A model generated the notes under the pieces. That model saw nothing but the letters and a program-made list of their open reading frames with translations, made no database searches and was not told the DNA's origin. The translations under genes and the position numbers were made by a program. A DNA stretch of 64,000 bases from Candidatus Hadarchaeota archaeon (GTDB taxonomy: Archaea; CAYQAE01; CAYVLA01), in contig CAZUNO010000008.1 of NCBI GenBank assembly GCA_964621445.1, forward strand, positions 38,483 to 102,482, read 5' to 3'. How positions within the stretch are numbered: the first letter of the stretch is position 1; the number at the start of each line of letters is the position of its first letter. This document shows positions 8,366 to 18,292 of the stretch, in pieces.

Positions 8366-10563
8366 TCATCGACCTCTTCTTCTAGTTCTTCCCTAGTGGA
8401 TTCTCGTTCACCCTGTACTTCATCTTCTCTTTCAGGCTCCGGTTCCTCCCGGGCTCGATCCATCCCCGGCTCCCATATCAGGAGAACGTAGGAGGTGACC
8501 AGAACGAATGCCCCTATAACCAGGATCGAGATCATCCGGTAGGGATCTTCCGAGGAGTCAAATTCGGTGCGATCCTCGAGAACCGATAACAGTACGGAAA
8601 CCTGCTCAGGATTCATGTACTCGGATAGGTTGGCCGAGATGTATTCCAATGCCTGCTGCCTGAGGGTCTGGTTGTCCTCGATCATGGACTCGGAAACCAC
8701 GTAAACCGCCGCGGTAAGGGGCGTATCTCCCCCGATACATCCGGCTGAGAGTGAGCGGTACAACATGGCCTTCTGGAAGTCCTCCCCCGCGCAGGCGTGA
8801 TAGGCAGCATTCCCGAAGGCCTGGAACGCCTGGTTACCCTGGGTCCCGTTGATCTGCCCCATGTACACCAATCGCCAGGCAATGGAGTTGTAGATATTGG
8901 ATATTTCAAGGTGCTGGGTTACATTTCGACGCATGGATGAACGTATGCTCTGCAGGATCTCATTTGCCTCGATATAGCGAGTATCAATGCTCTCACCGTA
9001 GGAGGAGGCCTGCATGAGAGTTTCGAGCAATTCTCCGTATACACGTCGACACCGGGGAGCGAATCCATCCTTGGGCAGAACCTCCTGCAACGCCCGACAG
9101 AAATCGTCAAAGAAAATTTCCCCGGCCGCCATTTCCGAAATTTCCAAGTCATTTCCTTCCCCCTCTGATCTAGAGGTTTGAAGATCGATAATCCCATTGA
9201 GTAGACCGTGTAGAGCCTTGTTTGGGGGATCCACGATGAGGATTTCCTCTGGGAATTGATCTAGAATGCCTTTCGCTTCTAGGGGTCGATTATTCATCAC
9301 AAGGGCCGAGGCAAGTAGTAGGTTCTGGGATACCAGGGCCCTGTAATACAATCCCCTCTTGGATTTCCCCAGCACCTCCGGGGCGGCATCCAACATGATA
9401 TCGTACCCTCCAAAACTTGGGGCACCGTGATAGCTCAGGTTCCCAAGATCTATTCCCATAAGGCTTCGTGCGGAATCGCGAGCCCAGTTGATCTGCCTGC
9501 CATGACCGAGTATCTCGAACAGGTCAAGATAGTTGTAGCGTCTAAAAATCGGAACATTACGAAGCGAATTCATTGAGTTTGCGTATATCTCCTGCGCCCT
9601 CGTGTGGAAACCGGCCTTGTCATATGCCTTGGCTGCCTTCAGGTAGCTGAGATACTTGGTGAATTGCTGTTGGGAAGCTAGTTGCAGTGAGATGTTGGCA
9701 GATCGCTGGTAGCTTCTCTTAGAGGAGTTGAGGTCGCCCAATCTCCGATAAATCTCACCGGCCGAACTGAACATCTCCCTCGATTTTTCCTGAGATTGGC
9801 TCCCGGCATCCTGTAGGGCCTCAGCTGCCTGGAAGTAATAATCGGCAGCTTGTTTTAGCTTCGGGTTTTGGTTGGACCCGTTGAAGGCTGCTGTTATCCC
9901 TGCCAGCTCCAAACAACGGGCTTTGGTGGAAAGCTCGCCCAATATGGAGCCCAATTCCTCGGCTTGCCTGGAAAAGGACTCCGAGGCTAGTCCAAAGATA
10001 TTGGAGGCCGTTGGTTCCTCAAGGGTGTACAGGATCATGGACGCATTGAGATACTTCTCTCCTGCCTCCTTCCATTCCCCCTCCAGCCGTAGACCATCGG
10101 CTTCCTGAACCAAACTTTTTGCCTGGTCAAGACACCGCTGTCGATATATTTGGGTCATCTGCAGGGATGCTTCCGAGAGGTTGCTGAAGTGAAGCAGATA
10201 GGTTGCTCTTCTAAGGTATTTACCTGCCTGGGTGAATCCGCTTTCCCTTGCACCTTCCAGGTACCAATAGGCCGATGTATTGGTGTATTTAATGAAGAGA
10301 GCTTCATCATCCAGCCTGCCCTCCTGATAGCATCGAGCGAGGTCGGAGTAGATCTCCGCCCTCCTGATCACCTCCCCTGCTTCCCGAGCAAGCTCCGCGG
10401 CCAGGAGATATTTCTCGGCCGCTTTCCCGAAAGTACGGTTTGAGAACAGTCCTTGTGCCTCGGAAAGCACGCTTTGCCAGTCCTGGCCCGAAATACATGG
10501 AATGAGGATTATGATGGCCAGGAGGCAAAGAGAGGATTTGAGAGTGGGTTTTTGGTAATTCAT
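8356..10563 (-). CDS. Secreted, membrane-anchored helical-repeat (TPR/SNAP-like) protein
   Basis: Signal peptide; repeated A-x-x-Y-x-x-A-A helices (KAAEKYLLAA, QAADYYFQAA, KAAKAYDKAG); C-terminal TM and acidic tail. Confidence 0.7.
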   Translation of the reverse strand: MNYQKPTLKSSLCLLAIIILIPCISGQDWQSVLSEAQGLFSNRTFGKAAEKYLLAAELAREAGEVIRRAEIYSDLARCYQEGRLDDEALFIKYTNTSAYWYLEGARESGFTQAGKYLRRATYLLHFSNLSEASLQMTQIYRQRCLDQAKSLVQEADGLRLEGEWKEAGEKYLNASMILYTLEEPTASNIFGLASESFSRQAEELGSILGELSTKARCLELAGITAAFNGSNQNPKLKQAADYYFQAAEALQDAGSQSQEKSREMFSSAGEIYRRLGDLNSSKRSYQRSANISLQLASQQQFTKYLSYLKAAKAYDKAGFHTRAQEIYANSMNSLRNVPIFRRYNYLDLFEILGHGRQINWARDSARSLMGIDLGNLSYHGAPSFGGYDIMLDAAPEVLGKSKRGLYYRALVSQNLLLASALVMNNRPLEAKGILDQFPEEILIVDPPNKALHGLLNGIIDLQTSRSEGEGNDLEISEMAAGEIFFDDFCRALQEVLPKDGFAPRCRRVYGELLETLMQASSYGESIDTRYIEANEILQSIRSSMRRNVTQHLEISNIYNSIAWRLVYMGQINGTQGNQAFQAFGNAAYHACAGEDFQKAMLYRSLSAGCIGGDTPLTAAVYVVSESMIEDNQTLRQQALEYISANLSEYMNPEQVSVLLSVLEDRTEFDSSEDPYRMISILVIGAFVLVTSYVLLIWEPGMDRAREEPEPEREDEVQGERESTREELEEEVDDQG

Positions 10564-10581
10564 GGCCCTATCTCCTGAGGT

Positions 10582-11592
10582 TTACTGTGAGGAACTTCCA
10601 AGCCAGAAGAAGACTTCCTCGCCGGTGTCCAGTTGGGTGGCGATTTTGGTCCTATTTCCCTGGTCAAGAATCCGTTTTTCCTCGTCCGTAAGCTGAAATG
10701 AGACCAGGCAGGTTTTTTGCTGTTCCGGGTGGACGAAGATTTTTGTCTTGACCTTGGTTACATTCCCCTGTTCGTTCTGGAGGACCACCCTGGCGTCATA
10801 TGTCTTGTTCCTGCCCAGGTTGTTCTCGATTACGAAGGAGTATCTAACAAGGTTTTTATATGGGTCATGCTTTCCCTCGATCCAGAAATATGCCTCTTTT
10901 CTCAGAGTTGATAGAAGGAAGATGGATATATTTTGGGCTCGCTCGATCTTCAAACCGTTTTCAGATACGAACCATGGCTTGAAATCTCCATTTGCATGGC
11001 TTTTAAATAGATATAGGGTGCGGTTGAATATCTCTTCCTTCAGGATTTTTCCATCAGCCCCTTCTAGGTTGATAACGCTTTGAGGTATGTCCTGTAAATC
11101 CGGCTCTTCGAGATCGATTTTCTCTATCCTGGGGCTCAGGGTCCTGGGATACTCCCAGAAAAGAATTTGCCCCTCATTTTCATCTATGGCGTCAACGTAT
11201 AACGCCACGGAATCCATGTAAAGGGTCTCTCCCTTCTTCGCCCAGAAGGGAATCCCCTTATCCGGCACATATAGGACCGTGGAAATCTCGGGAACTACAT
11301 AGAAGGGCCGGCCCAGGACCGTGCCGTTGAGGATTTTCGAATCCCCCACATCAAGAGTGTTCAGCAACTCTTCCAGATGCGGATTCTCCTCGGTAGCGTT
11401 GGTTAGGTTCAGCTTCCAGGGCTTAAGCCAGAGCTGGGTAAATTGCTCTTTCTCCCTTGGAGTGACCACTATCAGGGCGGCAACTATTATGATCCCTATC
11501 ACGCAGGCAACTATTACTGCGTTGGTGACCAGCTGCTCCCGCGAATCATCTTCCTCATCCGAATTCAAGAGACCGGTCAAATCTCGAAGCAT
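10582..11592 (-). CDS. Single-TM surface protein resembling the C-terminal half of DUF1616
   Basis: TM followed by TPREKEQFTQLWL, later YP and VIENNLGRNKTY; several N-x-S/T sequons. Confidence 0.6.
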   Translation of the reverse strand: MLRDLTGLLNSDEEDDSREQLVTNAVIVACVIGIIIVAALIVVTPREKEQFTQLWLKPWKLNLTNATEENPHLEELLNTLDVGDSKILNGTVLGRPFYVVPEISTVLYVPDKGIPFWAKKGETLYMDSVALYVDAIDENEGQILFWEYPRTLSPRIEKIDLEEPDLQDIPQSVINLEGADGKILKEEIFNRTLYLFKSHANGDFKPWFVSENGLKIERAQNISIFLLSTLRKEAYFWIEGKHDPYKNLVRYSFVIENNLGRNKTYDARVVLQNEQGNVTKVKTKIFVHPEQQKTCLVSFQLTDEEKRILDQGNRTKIATQLDTGEEVFFWLGSSSQ

Positions 11593-11626
11593 TGTCTTAT
11601 ATCTGTTCTTTGCATTTAACCGGTAA

Positions 11627-12082
11627 TCAGGGTATTCGCACCTCGCTCCATTGGACTTTTCCCTGTTTTACCAGATCCCGGATTTGCCTCTGCCTTTTAT
11701 TAAGGCGGCTCTCCCCCGATTTCACCTCCACCAGGATCACTCTCTTTACCGGGCTCCCCTCTCTTCGCCCTTTGGACAGACCGTCGAAGACCAGGTAATC
11801 AATTGGGCTACCGATCCAAACGGCATCATGGGGGTCGAAAGGGAAGCTGTCCATCAGGGGGGAGAACCTCTCCAGAACTCTGGCCGATAGGGTTCGTCCG
11901 CTCCTCTCGGCCGCATCCTTTCTCAGAAACTCCTCCCTTTCGCGGACCTTGCTCTCCACCTCCCTGTCGAACCTCTCCCTCCATAGACGGTTGAGGTTCT
12001 CGACCCTCGCGGATGAGATCCTGTTGGCCAGGACGAATCCAATTAAAAGTCCGATTACGATTAATAGCGGATAGACAAACAT
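11627..12082 (-). CDS. Holliday-junction-resolvase-like PD-(D/E)xK endonuclease with N-terminal TM (Endonuc_Holl family)
   Basis: GSPIDYLVFDGL...VEVKSGESRLNKRQ motif; start moved to ATG 12082. Confidence 0.85.
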   Translation of the reverse strand: MFVYPLLIVIGLLIGFVLANRISSARVENLNRLWRERFDREVESKVREREEFLRKDAAERSGRTLSARVLERFSPLMDSFPFDPHDAVWIGSPIDYLVFDGLSKGRREGSPVKRVILVEVKSGESRLNKRQRQIRDLVKQGKVQWSEVRIP

Positions 12083-12104
12083 CTGAAAATCGACGATCAA
12101 GGTG

Positions 12105-13391
12105 CTACTTCCTCTCGATGGTTTCCATTTCCGGAAGGTACTCATGAAGGGCATCCGGAATTACAATTCTACCGTCCGATATCTGATAGTTCTCCATAAT
12201 CGCGATTAGCGTTCTGGTGCTGGCCAGAGCGGTGCTATTTAGGGTGTGGACGAACCGTGTGGGTTCTCCTGGGGCCTCGCGGCATCTTATGCCAAGGCGC
12301 CTGGCCTGGTAGTCTGTACAGTTGCTGCAGGATACGGATTCCCTGTATTTTTCCTGGCCGGGAAGCCAGATCTCGATATCGTATTTTTTTGCCGCCACTA
12401 GCCCTAGTTCCCCTGAACAGACATTCACCACCCGGTATGGCAGCTTGAGCTTCTTTACCATACATTCGGCGAGGGAAATCATCTCCTCATGTAGCTCCCA
12501 TGAATCCTCGGGTTTCGAGAAAAGGAACATCTCCACCTTTTCAAACTGATGTACGCGAAAGATACCCTTGGTATCCCTCCCGTGACTCCCGACCTCGGTC
12601 CGGAAACATGGCGATATACCGGTGTATTTCTTGGGGAGATCCTTCTCCTCGAGTATTTCCTGGAAATGGAGGGCCGAAAGCGCTTGTTCGGATGTCCCCA
12701 CTGCAAATAGGTTCTCGTCCTCTATCTTGTAGATATCCTCGCGTCCCTCGGGAAGGTATCCGGCACCCTGCATTATCTCCTCCCTTATCATTGCCGGCGG
12801 GTATATGGGGACGAACCCCGCATCCACCATGTGGTCGATGGCGAAGCGCATGAGGGCCATCTGAACAAGGACAGCTTCATTCTTGAGGTAATACCACCTG
12901 GCACCCGAGGCCGAGGCCGCCTTCTCCAGGTCGAATAGATCTAGATCGGATCCCAGGTCTATGTGGTCCTTGACCGGGAAGGCGAAATCGGGTATTTGGC
13001 CACATTTCCTGAACACTTCATTCTCCTCTTCCGAGTTTCCCCTGGGGACCGTTTCATGGGCGATATTCGGGAGCAGGAGCATTTGCTTATCTATCGTCTC
13101 TCTGTATGACTTTACCTTCTCCTCGAGCTGGCCTATGCTCTGGCTTAGGTCACGGCTTTTCTGGATCTCCTCTTTGGCGTCCTTTCCTCCGGTTTTCAGT
13201 TCCCTTATACTGTTATCGAGAAGGTTCTTCTCGTGCCTCAGCCGGTTAAGACGATCAAGATCCTTTCTCCATTTCTCATCAGTTTTTTTAACGGATTCCA
13301 AGATGCGAATTTTTTCTTCTTCTTGAAATCTTTTTTTAATATTATTTCTTATTACATCGGTTTTATCCCTTATGAGTTTTATATCTATCAT
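12105..13391 (-). CDS. serS: Serine--tRNA ligase (bacterial/eukaryal type)
   Basis: MIDIKLIR, GTSEQ, FRTEVGSHGRDTKGIFRVHQFEKVE, SCSNCTDYQARR and HTLNST motifs. Confidence 0.97.
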   Translation of the reverse strand: MIDIKLIRDKTDVIRNNIKKRFQEEEKIRILESVKKTDEKWRKDLDRLNRLRHEKNLLDNSIRELKTGGKDAKEEIQKSRDLSQSIGQLEEKVKSYRETIDKQMLLLPNIAHETVPRGNSEEENEVFRKCGQIPDFAFPVKDHIDLGSDLDLFDLEKAASASGARWYYLKNEAVLVQMALMRFAIDHMVDAGFVPIYPPAMIREEIMQGAGYLPEGREDIYKIEDENLFAVGTSEQALSALHFQEILEEKDLPKKYTGISPCFRTEVGSHGRDTKGIFRVHQFEKVEMFLFSKPEDSWELHEEMISLAECMVKKLKLPYRVVNVCSGELGLVAAKKYDIEIWLPGQEKYRESVSCSNCTDYQARRLGIRCREAPGEPTRFVHTLNSTALASTRTLIAIMENYQISDGRIVIPDALHEYLPEMETIERK

Positions 13392-13513
13392 GAAGTTATT
13401 TCTCCCTTACCAGCTATTATGTGTTACCGCGGCCCTGACACCAGTAAAGATTGGACCCGCCGAAAATAGGGTTTTTAAGGTGTCGGTTTCTTCTATCTGA
13501 GCGGAGGATATTC

Positions 13514-13894
13514 TTGGTCCAGATAGTAATAGAGTGCGAGGATTTCGGCAGTATCGAAGGTGAGATACTAACCGACAGGAACCCGAAAACGGCCCAGAAG
13601 ATACTTGACGCTTTGCCAATAGAGAGCGGGGGAAGCCGCTGGGGGCAGGAGATATACTTCTCAATACCCGTGAAACAGGGAGAGGAAGATTCACAGGAAG
13701 TTGTAGAGAAGGGTGACCTTGCCTATTGGCCACCCGGCAATGCGTTTTGCATCTTCTGGGGAAGGACGCCTGCCTCGACCGGGGATGAGATCAGACCGGC
13801 CAGTGCGGTGAACGTTTTCGGACGTTTAACGGGCGATCTATCCAAGCTCGATGATTTTTCCTCGGGATCAAATGTTACCGTGGACAAGGCCTGA
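13514..13894 (+). CDS. Cyclophilin-like fold protein (TM1367/DUF369-like)
   Basis: WGQEIYF, GDLAYWPPGNAFCIFWGRTP and PASAVNVFG motifs; start moved to TTG 13514 after GGAGG. Confidence 0.85.
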   Translation: MVQIVIECEDFGSIEGEILTDRNPKTAQKILDALPIESGGSRWGQEIYFSIPVKQGEEDSQEVVEKGDLAYWPPGNAFCIFWGRTPASTGDEIRPASAVNVFGRLTGDLSKLDDFSSGSNVTVDKA

Positions 13895-13908
13895 CCCAAG
13901 ACCTGGGA

Positions 13909-14442
13909 TCAGTCCTCAAGCTTGGCCTGCTTGCCCCTTCTACCCCTCTCGAGCACGTCTTCCCCGAGATAGAGTCCCGAGTAGGCGGATTGACCACCGG
14001 TTACCGGTAGAAATACCATCTGGCCTATTCGAGCATTTTCGTAAATCCGGGTTCTCCTGGTAACCACCACGTGCATGAAGGACCTACCCTGGTATCCAGG
14101 ATCCCACAGCGCGGTGTGAACTTCCATTCCACAGGCCAAGGCGCTACTCCTAGGCAGGAGGAGCCCGCATAAATCCAGGGGGATGTTAATCCTCTCGTTC
14201 ATGGCAAAGTGATAGGTGTCGGGCTCCAGTTCCCAGGATTCCTCGTCGGAAGGGATGTCCTGGTACTGGCAAAGTTCTCTCTTGCTGTTATCGAAGTCAA
14301 GGGCACCCTGGCCTGAGAGGCGGTAGACCTTGCCCACGGTGAGGTCCACTCCTGCCTGCTGTATCTGCTTCCTGGATACTAAATTCTCAACCAGGCCCTC
14401 TTCCTGGATACGTCTGATTATCTCTCTTCTTCCGATCATCAT
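13909..14442 (-). CDS. dUTPase / dCTP deaminase family protein
   Basis: GVDLT, PRSS, WDPGYQG and RIGQMVF motifs. Confidence 0.88.
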   Translation of the reverse strand: MMIGRREIIRRIQEEGLVENLVSRKQIQQAGVDLTVGKVYRLSGQGALDFDNSKRELCQYQDIPSDEESWELEPDTYHFAMNERINIPLDLCGLLLPRSSALACGMEVHTALWDPGYQGRSFMHVVVTRRTRIYENARIGQMVFLPVTGGQSAYSGLYLGEDVLERGRRGKQAKLED

Positions 14443-14522
14443 GTCCTCCAATTAACGGTTGATTGGTTGAGATATCTTTGGTCGGAAATGAAATGTGACA
14501 ATAAAGGCCTATATAATTCTCT

Positions 14523-14539
14523 GAGAAAACGTTTTTAAA
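14523..14539 (+). promoter_or_regulatory. BRE-TATA promoter of the ribosomal protein superoperon
   Basis: GAGAAAAC-G-TTTTTAAA about 95 bp upstream of the uL3 ATG. Confidence 0.65.
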
Positions 14540-14632
14540 CTCTGTGGGATACCTCTTGAATGAAAACCGGGTAGTAGGTATGCTCGGCTTTCCTTCTTCG
14601 ATTCATTCGCACTTTAATCGGAGGATCATCTA

Positions 14633-15640
14633 ATGCCCGATAAGAGAAGACCCAGAAAGGGATCACTGGCCTATCACCCTCATTCAAGGGCTAGTAGTCA
14701 CTGTGGCAGAGTTAGATCTTGGCCCATGAGGGACGAGGTTGGTCCTCTTGGGTTCCCTGGATACAAGGCAGGTATGACCCATATTCACATGATAGAGGAT
14801 CGTCCCAACGCCCCGGAAAAGGGAAGAGAGGTATCCAGAGCTGCAACGGTAATAGATTGTCCGGATCTTATTGTTTTCGGTCTGAGGCTCTATTCCGAGA
14901 ATGAATATGGCAAATATGCAGAGACCGAGGTCTGGGCCGGTGACCTTGATAAGTCCCTCTCCAGGCGTATAAGACGGTTGCCGAAGGAGAACGACCCCCA
15001 GAAGGCTCTTGCAGAGATGGAGGAGATGGTAGATAGTGATGAGGCCTCTGACCTGACTCTACTGATTCACACCGCGCCCCGTCAAACGGGAATAAAGAAG
15101 AAACCCGATATAGCCGAAATTGGCCTTGGCGGGGAGACGGTTCGTCAGAAATTCGATTACGCGAAAGAGAAGCCTGGTGAGACAATCCCGGTTCCCGATG
15201 TGTTCAGGGCCGGCGAACTGGTTGACGTTACCGCGGTTACCAAGGGAAAGGGATTCACGGGGCCGGTTAAGCGTTGGGGTATTAAGCTAAGAGATAGAAA
15301 GACAAATGATGCTCGTAGAAATCCCGGGTCTCTGGGCCCCTGGCACCCCCACCAGATAATGTGGACCGTTCCCCTGGCAGGCAGCGGTGGATATAATCAG
15401 AGGACCGAGTTCAACAAGAGAATCGTCAAGATAGGGGGCCCCGATGACCCTTGTACGCCGAACAGTGGTTTCCTCAGGTATGGAGAGGTATCCAATAACT
15501 ACATCATACTGCTGGGATCAGTTCCTGGTCCCTCCAAGAGGCTTATCAATTTGAGAAAATCCATGAGGCCCAAAGGTGAGATGCCAAAGGAGCCTCCAAC
15601 TCTGACCGCCGTATCAACGGCCTCCGCGCAGGGGAAGTGA
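14633..15640 (+). CDS. rpl3: 50S ribosomal protein uL3
   Basis: RPRKGSLA, GYKAGMTH and TKGKGFTGPVKRWG motifs. Confidence 0.98.
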   Translation: MPDKRRPRKGSLAYHPHSRASSHCGRVRSWPMRDEVGPLGFPGYKAGMTHIHMIEDRPNAPEKGREVSRAATVIDCPDLIVFGLRLYSENEYGKYAETEVWAGDLDKSLSRRIRRLPKENDPQKALAEMEEMVDSDEASDLTLLIHTAPRQTGIKKKPDIAEIGLGGETVRQKFDYAKEKPGETIPVPDVFRAGELVDVTAVTKGKGFTGPVKRWGIKLRDRKTNDARRNPGSLGPWHPHQIMWTVPLAGSGGYNQRTEFNKRIVKIGGPDDPCTPNSGFLRYGEVSNNYIILLGSVPGPSKRLINLRKSMRPKGEMPKEPPTLTAVSTASAQGK

Positions 15641-15644
15641 GATC

Positions 15645-16409
15645 ATGAAAGTCAGCATTATCTCCACGGATGGGTCCAAGGAGGGAGATTACGAGCTGCC
15701 CTCCGTATTTGAATCTGTTGTCAGGGACGACGTGATAAAGCGGGCCGTGGTGGCTTCCCAGTCAGCCAGATATCAACCCAAGAGCCCCTACAAACTTGCG
15801 GGAGAACAGACCAGCGCCGAATCCATAGGAAAGGGTAGAGGACGCGCCCGATTTAGAAGAACCAAAAGCGGGCGAAGCGTGGGGGCCTTCGTGACCCAGG
15901 CAGTGGGCGGTCACAAGGTCCATGCTCCAAAGAGCGAGAAAAAGATGGCCAAGAAGATAAACAGGAAGGAACGAAAACTGGCCATCAGATCTGCAATTGC
16001 GGCCACTACCTCACCGGACCTGGTTAGCGGAAGGGGCCATAGAATCGATGGAATTGATCTCCCAATAGTGGTCCCGGATAAATTTCAGGATGTATCGACC
16101 GCTGCAGAGGCCAAAGAAACACTGGGTAAGATTGGATTGCAATTGGAAATGGAGAGGCTGGAGGGGTCGAGGAAACAGAGGGCCGGTAAGGGCAAGCTCA
16201 GGGGGAGGAGGATCAGGACCCCCAAGGGACCGCTATTCGTGGTGGATTCCTTCACTCCCGTGGAAAATGCATTGTCCAATTTCCCTGGAGTTGATGTCAC
16301 TAGGGCTAATCAGATCAATGTGGAGGCCCTGGCCCCAGGAGGGGTCCCGGGCCGCCTGTCTGTATGGACCGTGACCGCGCTTGAGGAAGTAAAGAGGATC
16401 TACGGGTGA
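15645..16409 (+). CDS. rpl4: 50S ribosomal protein uL4
   Basis: KKINRKERKLAIRSAIAAT and LAPGGVPGRL motifs; operon order. Confidence 0.97.
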   Translation: MKVSIISTDGSKEGDYELPSVFESVVRDDVIKRAVVASQSARYQPKSPYKLAGEQTSAESIGKGRGRARFRRTKSGRSVGAFVTQAVGGHKVHAPKSEKKMAKKINRKERKLAIRSAIAATTSPDLVSGRGHRIDGIDLPIVVPDKFQDVSTAAEAKETLGKIGLQLEMERLEGSRKQRAGKGKLRGRRIRTPKGPLFVVDSFTPVENALSNFPGVDVTRANQINVEALAPGGVPGRLSVWTVTALEEVKRIYG

Positions 16410-16413
16410 TTAA

Positions 16414-16674
16414 ATGGAGCCCAGAAATATCATTCTAAATCCAGTTTCAGGGGACAAGGCGTTCAGACGAATGGAGCTTGAGAATAAGCTCGTATTCATA
16501 GTCGATCAATTCGCCAATAAGAGAACCATTGCCAAGTGCATAGAGGAACTGTACGATGTTAAGGTAGCCAAGGTAAACGTCATGAATACGATACATGGAA
16601 CCAAGAAGGCCTACGTTCAGCTGGCTCCGGAGTACAGTGCCGAGGAGATCGCGACAAGATTGGGTGTGTTATAA
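16414..16674 (+). CDS. rpl23: 50S ribosomal protein uL23
   Basis: ENKLVFIVD, KVN and KKAYVQL motifs. Confidence 0.96.
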   Translation: MEPRNIILNPVSGDKAFRRMELENKLVFIVDQFANKRTIAKCIEELYDVKVAKVNVMNTIHGTKKAYVQLAPEYSAEEIATRLGVL

Positions 16675-17411
16675 TGGGCAAAAGGCTAATATCTCAAAGA
16701 AGAGGTCGAGGTTCTCCCACCTACAGGTCACTCACTTTCAAGTCGAAGGGTGAAGTTAGCTATCCCGAATTTGGGTCCGAAAACGAGGCTCGGGTCATGG
16801 AGTTGCTTCACGATCCAGCAAGATCCGGATTGGTGGCCAGGGTGAGGTTCGGGGACGGTTCAGAGCGCCTTATTTTGGCCCCCGAGGGAATAAAGGTGGG
16901 TCAGACCCTGAATCTTGGTACATCTGCTCCCGTCAAGCCCGGAAATACACTTTGTCTGGCCGAGATTCCGGAAGGGACCCTCATATCGGGGATAGAGACC
17001 AAGCCCGGGTCGGGACCCAAGCTGGTACGAGCTGGCGGTTGTTACGCTTCCTTGATATCTCACGACGTGGGAAGCACGACGGTTCAGATGCCGTCGGGTG
17101 AATTCAAGATACTGAATCCCAAATGTAGAGGCACCGTGGGAGTTGTGGCCGGCGGGGGGAGGAAGGAAAAACCGTTTCTGAAAGCCGGGAAGAAGTACAA
17201 GCACCGGAAGGCATCAAATAAGCTATATCCGAGAGTTAGGGGCGTTGCCATGAACGCGGTGGATCACCCGCACGGCGGAGGGGGCCACCAGCACCTGGGA
17301 AGGCCTTCTTCAGTAGGAAGGAACACACCTCCCGGGAGGAAAGTTGGTCATATTGCAGCCAGACGGACGGGCTTGTCTAAGAGGAGAATAACGAAGAAGG
17401 AGCGGAAGTGA
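16674..17411 (+). CDS. rpl2: 50S ribosomal protein uL2
   Basis: MGKRLISQRRGRG and RGVAMNAVDHPHGGG motifs. Confidence 0.98.
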   Translation: MGKRLISQRRGRGSPTYRSLTFKSKGEVSYPEFGSENEARVMELLHDPARSGLVARVRFGDGSERLILAPEGIKVGQTLNLGTSAPVKPGNTLCLAEIPEGTLISGIETKPGSGPKLVRAGGCYASLISHDVGSTTVQMPSGEFKILNPKCRGTVGVVAGGGRKEKPFLKAGKKYKHRKASNKLYPRVRGVAMNAVDHPHGGGGHQHLGRPSSVGRNTPPGRKVGHIAARRTGLSKRRITKKERK

Positions 17412-17818
17412 TCAATTTGCCAAGGAAGGATTTCACGTTCAGAGGAAAGAGCCTGGAAGAGCTGACCTCAATGTCATTTGAGGACTTCCTTAAGCTGCTT
17501 CCGGCTAGACAGCGGAGGTCTATTAACAGAGGTTTTTCGGAACAGCACCGGAACCTCATCCGAAAGATAAGAAGTCTTGACGAGTCGGAGAAGGAGAAGG
17601 TAGTGATTAGAACCCATTGCAGGGATTTCGTTGTGCTGCCCGAGATGGTGGGCATTACGCTTGAGTTATATAACGGTCAGGAGTTCAAAAGACTGGATAT
17701 AAAGGAGGAGATGATTGGTCATTTCCTAGGGGAGTTCGTGCTAACCAGACAGAGGGTTGAGCACAGCGCACCCGGCGTTGGAGCAACGCGAAGCTCAAAG
17801 TATGTTCCATTGAAGTAG
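17408..17818 (+). CDS. rps19: 30S ribosomal protein uS19
   Basis: IRTHCRD, MIGHFLGEF and GATRSSKYVPLK motifs. Confidence 0.97.
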   Translation: MINLPRKDFTFRGKSLEELTSMSFEDFLKLLPARQRRSINRGFSEQHRNLIRKIRSLDESEKEKVVIRTHCRDFVVLPEMVGITLELYNGQEFKRLDIKEEMIGHFLGEFVLTRQRVEHSAPGVGATRSSKYVPLK

Positions 17819-17826
17819 GCGATATC

Positions 17827-18291
17827 ATGGCAAAACTGGGATATTCATATAACAAGGTTCATGATCCCTCTAGCACCAGCAAGGCCATGGGAAGGGAACT
17901 GAGGATCTCCCCGAAGGACGCAGTGGAGATATGTAGGGAGATTCGTGGAAAGGACCTCGACGATGCATACTTCTACCTGGAGAGGGTTATTGAAGGGGAA
18001 CAGGTTGTACCCTACAAGAAACACAAAGGTAAGCTATCCCACAAGAAATCCCTGAACAAATGGCACACGGGAAAGCGGCCCGTCAAGGCCTGCGAGGCCA
18101 TAATGGAGGTTTTGGAAAACGCTCATAATAACGCGACCTACAAAGGTCTGGATGAAGATTCTCTCTTTGTCCGGCACGCAAGTTCAAGAAAGGGCTTCGT
18201 GATTAGAGGGTTCAAACATAGGGCGAGAGGACGTGTAGTGTCCTCGGACAAGCCCACTACAAACATTGAGATTTGGCTCGGTGAGAAGTGA
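17827..18291 (+). CDS. rpl22: 50S ribosomal protein uL22
   Basis: LRISPKDAVEICREIRG and NAHNNA motifs. Confidence 0.96.
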   Translation: MAKLGYSYNKVHDPSSTSKAMGRELRISPKDAVEICREIRGKDLDDAYFYLERVIEGEQVVPYKKHKGKLSHKKSLNKWHTGKRPVKACEAIMEVLENAHNNATYKGLDEDSLFVRHASSRKGFVIRGFKHRARGRVVSSDKPTTNIEIWLGEK

Positions 18292-18292
18292 T

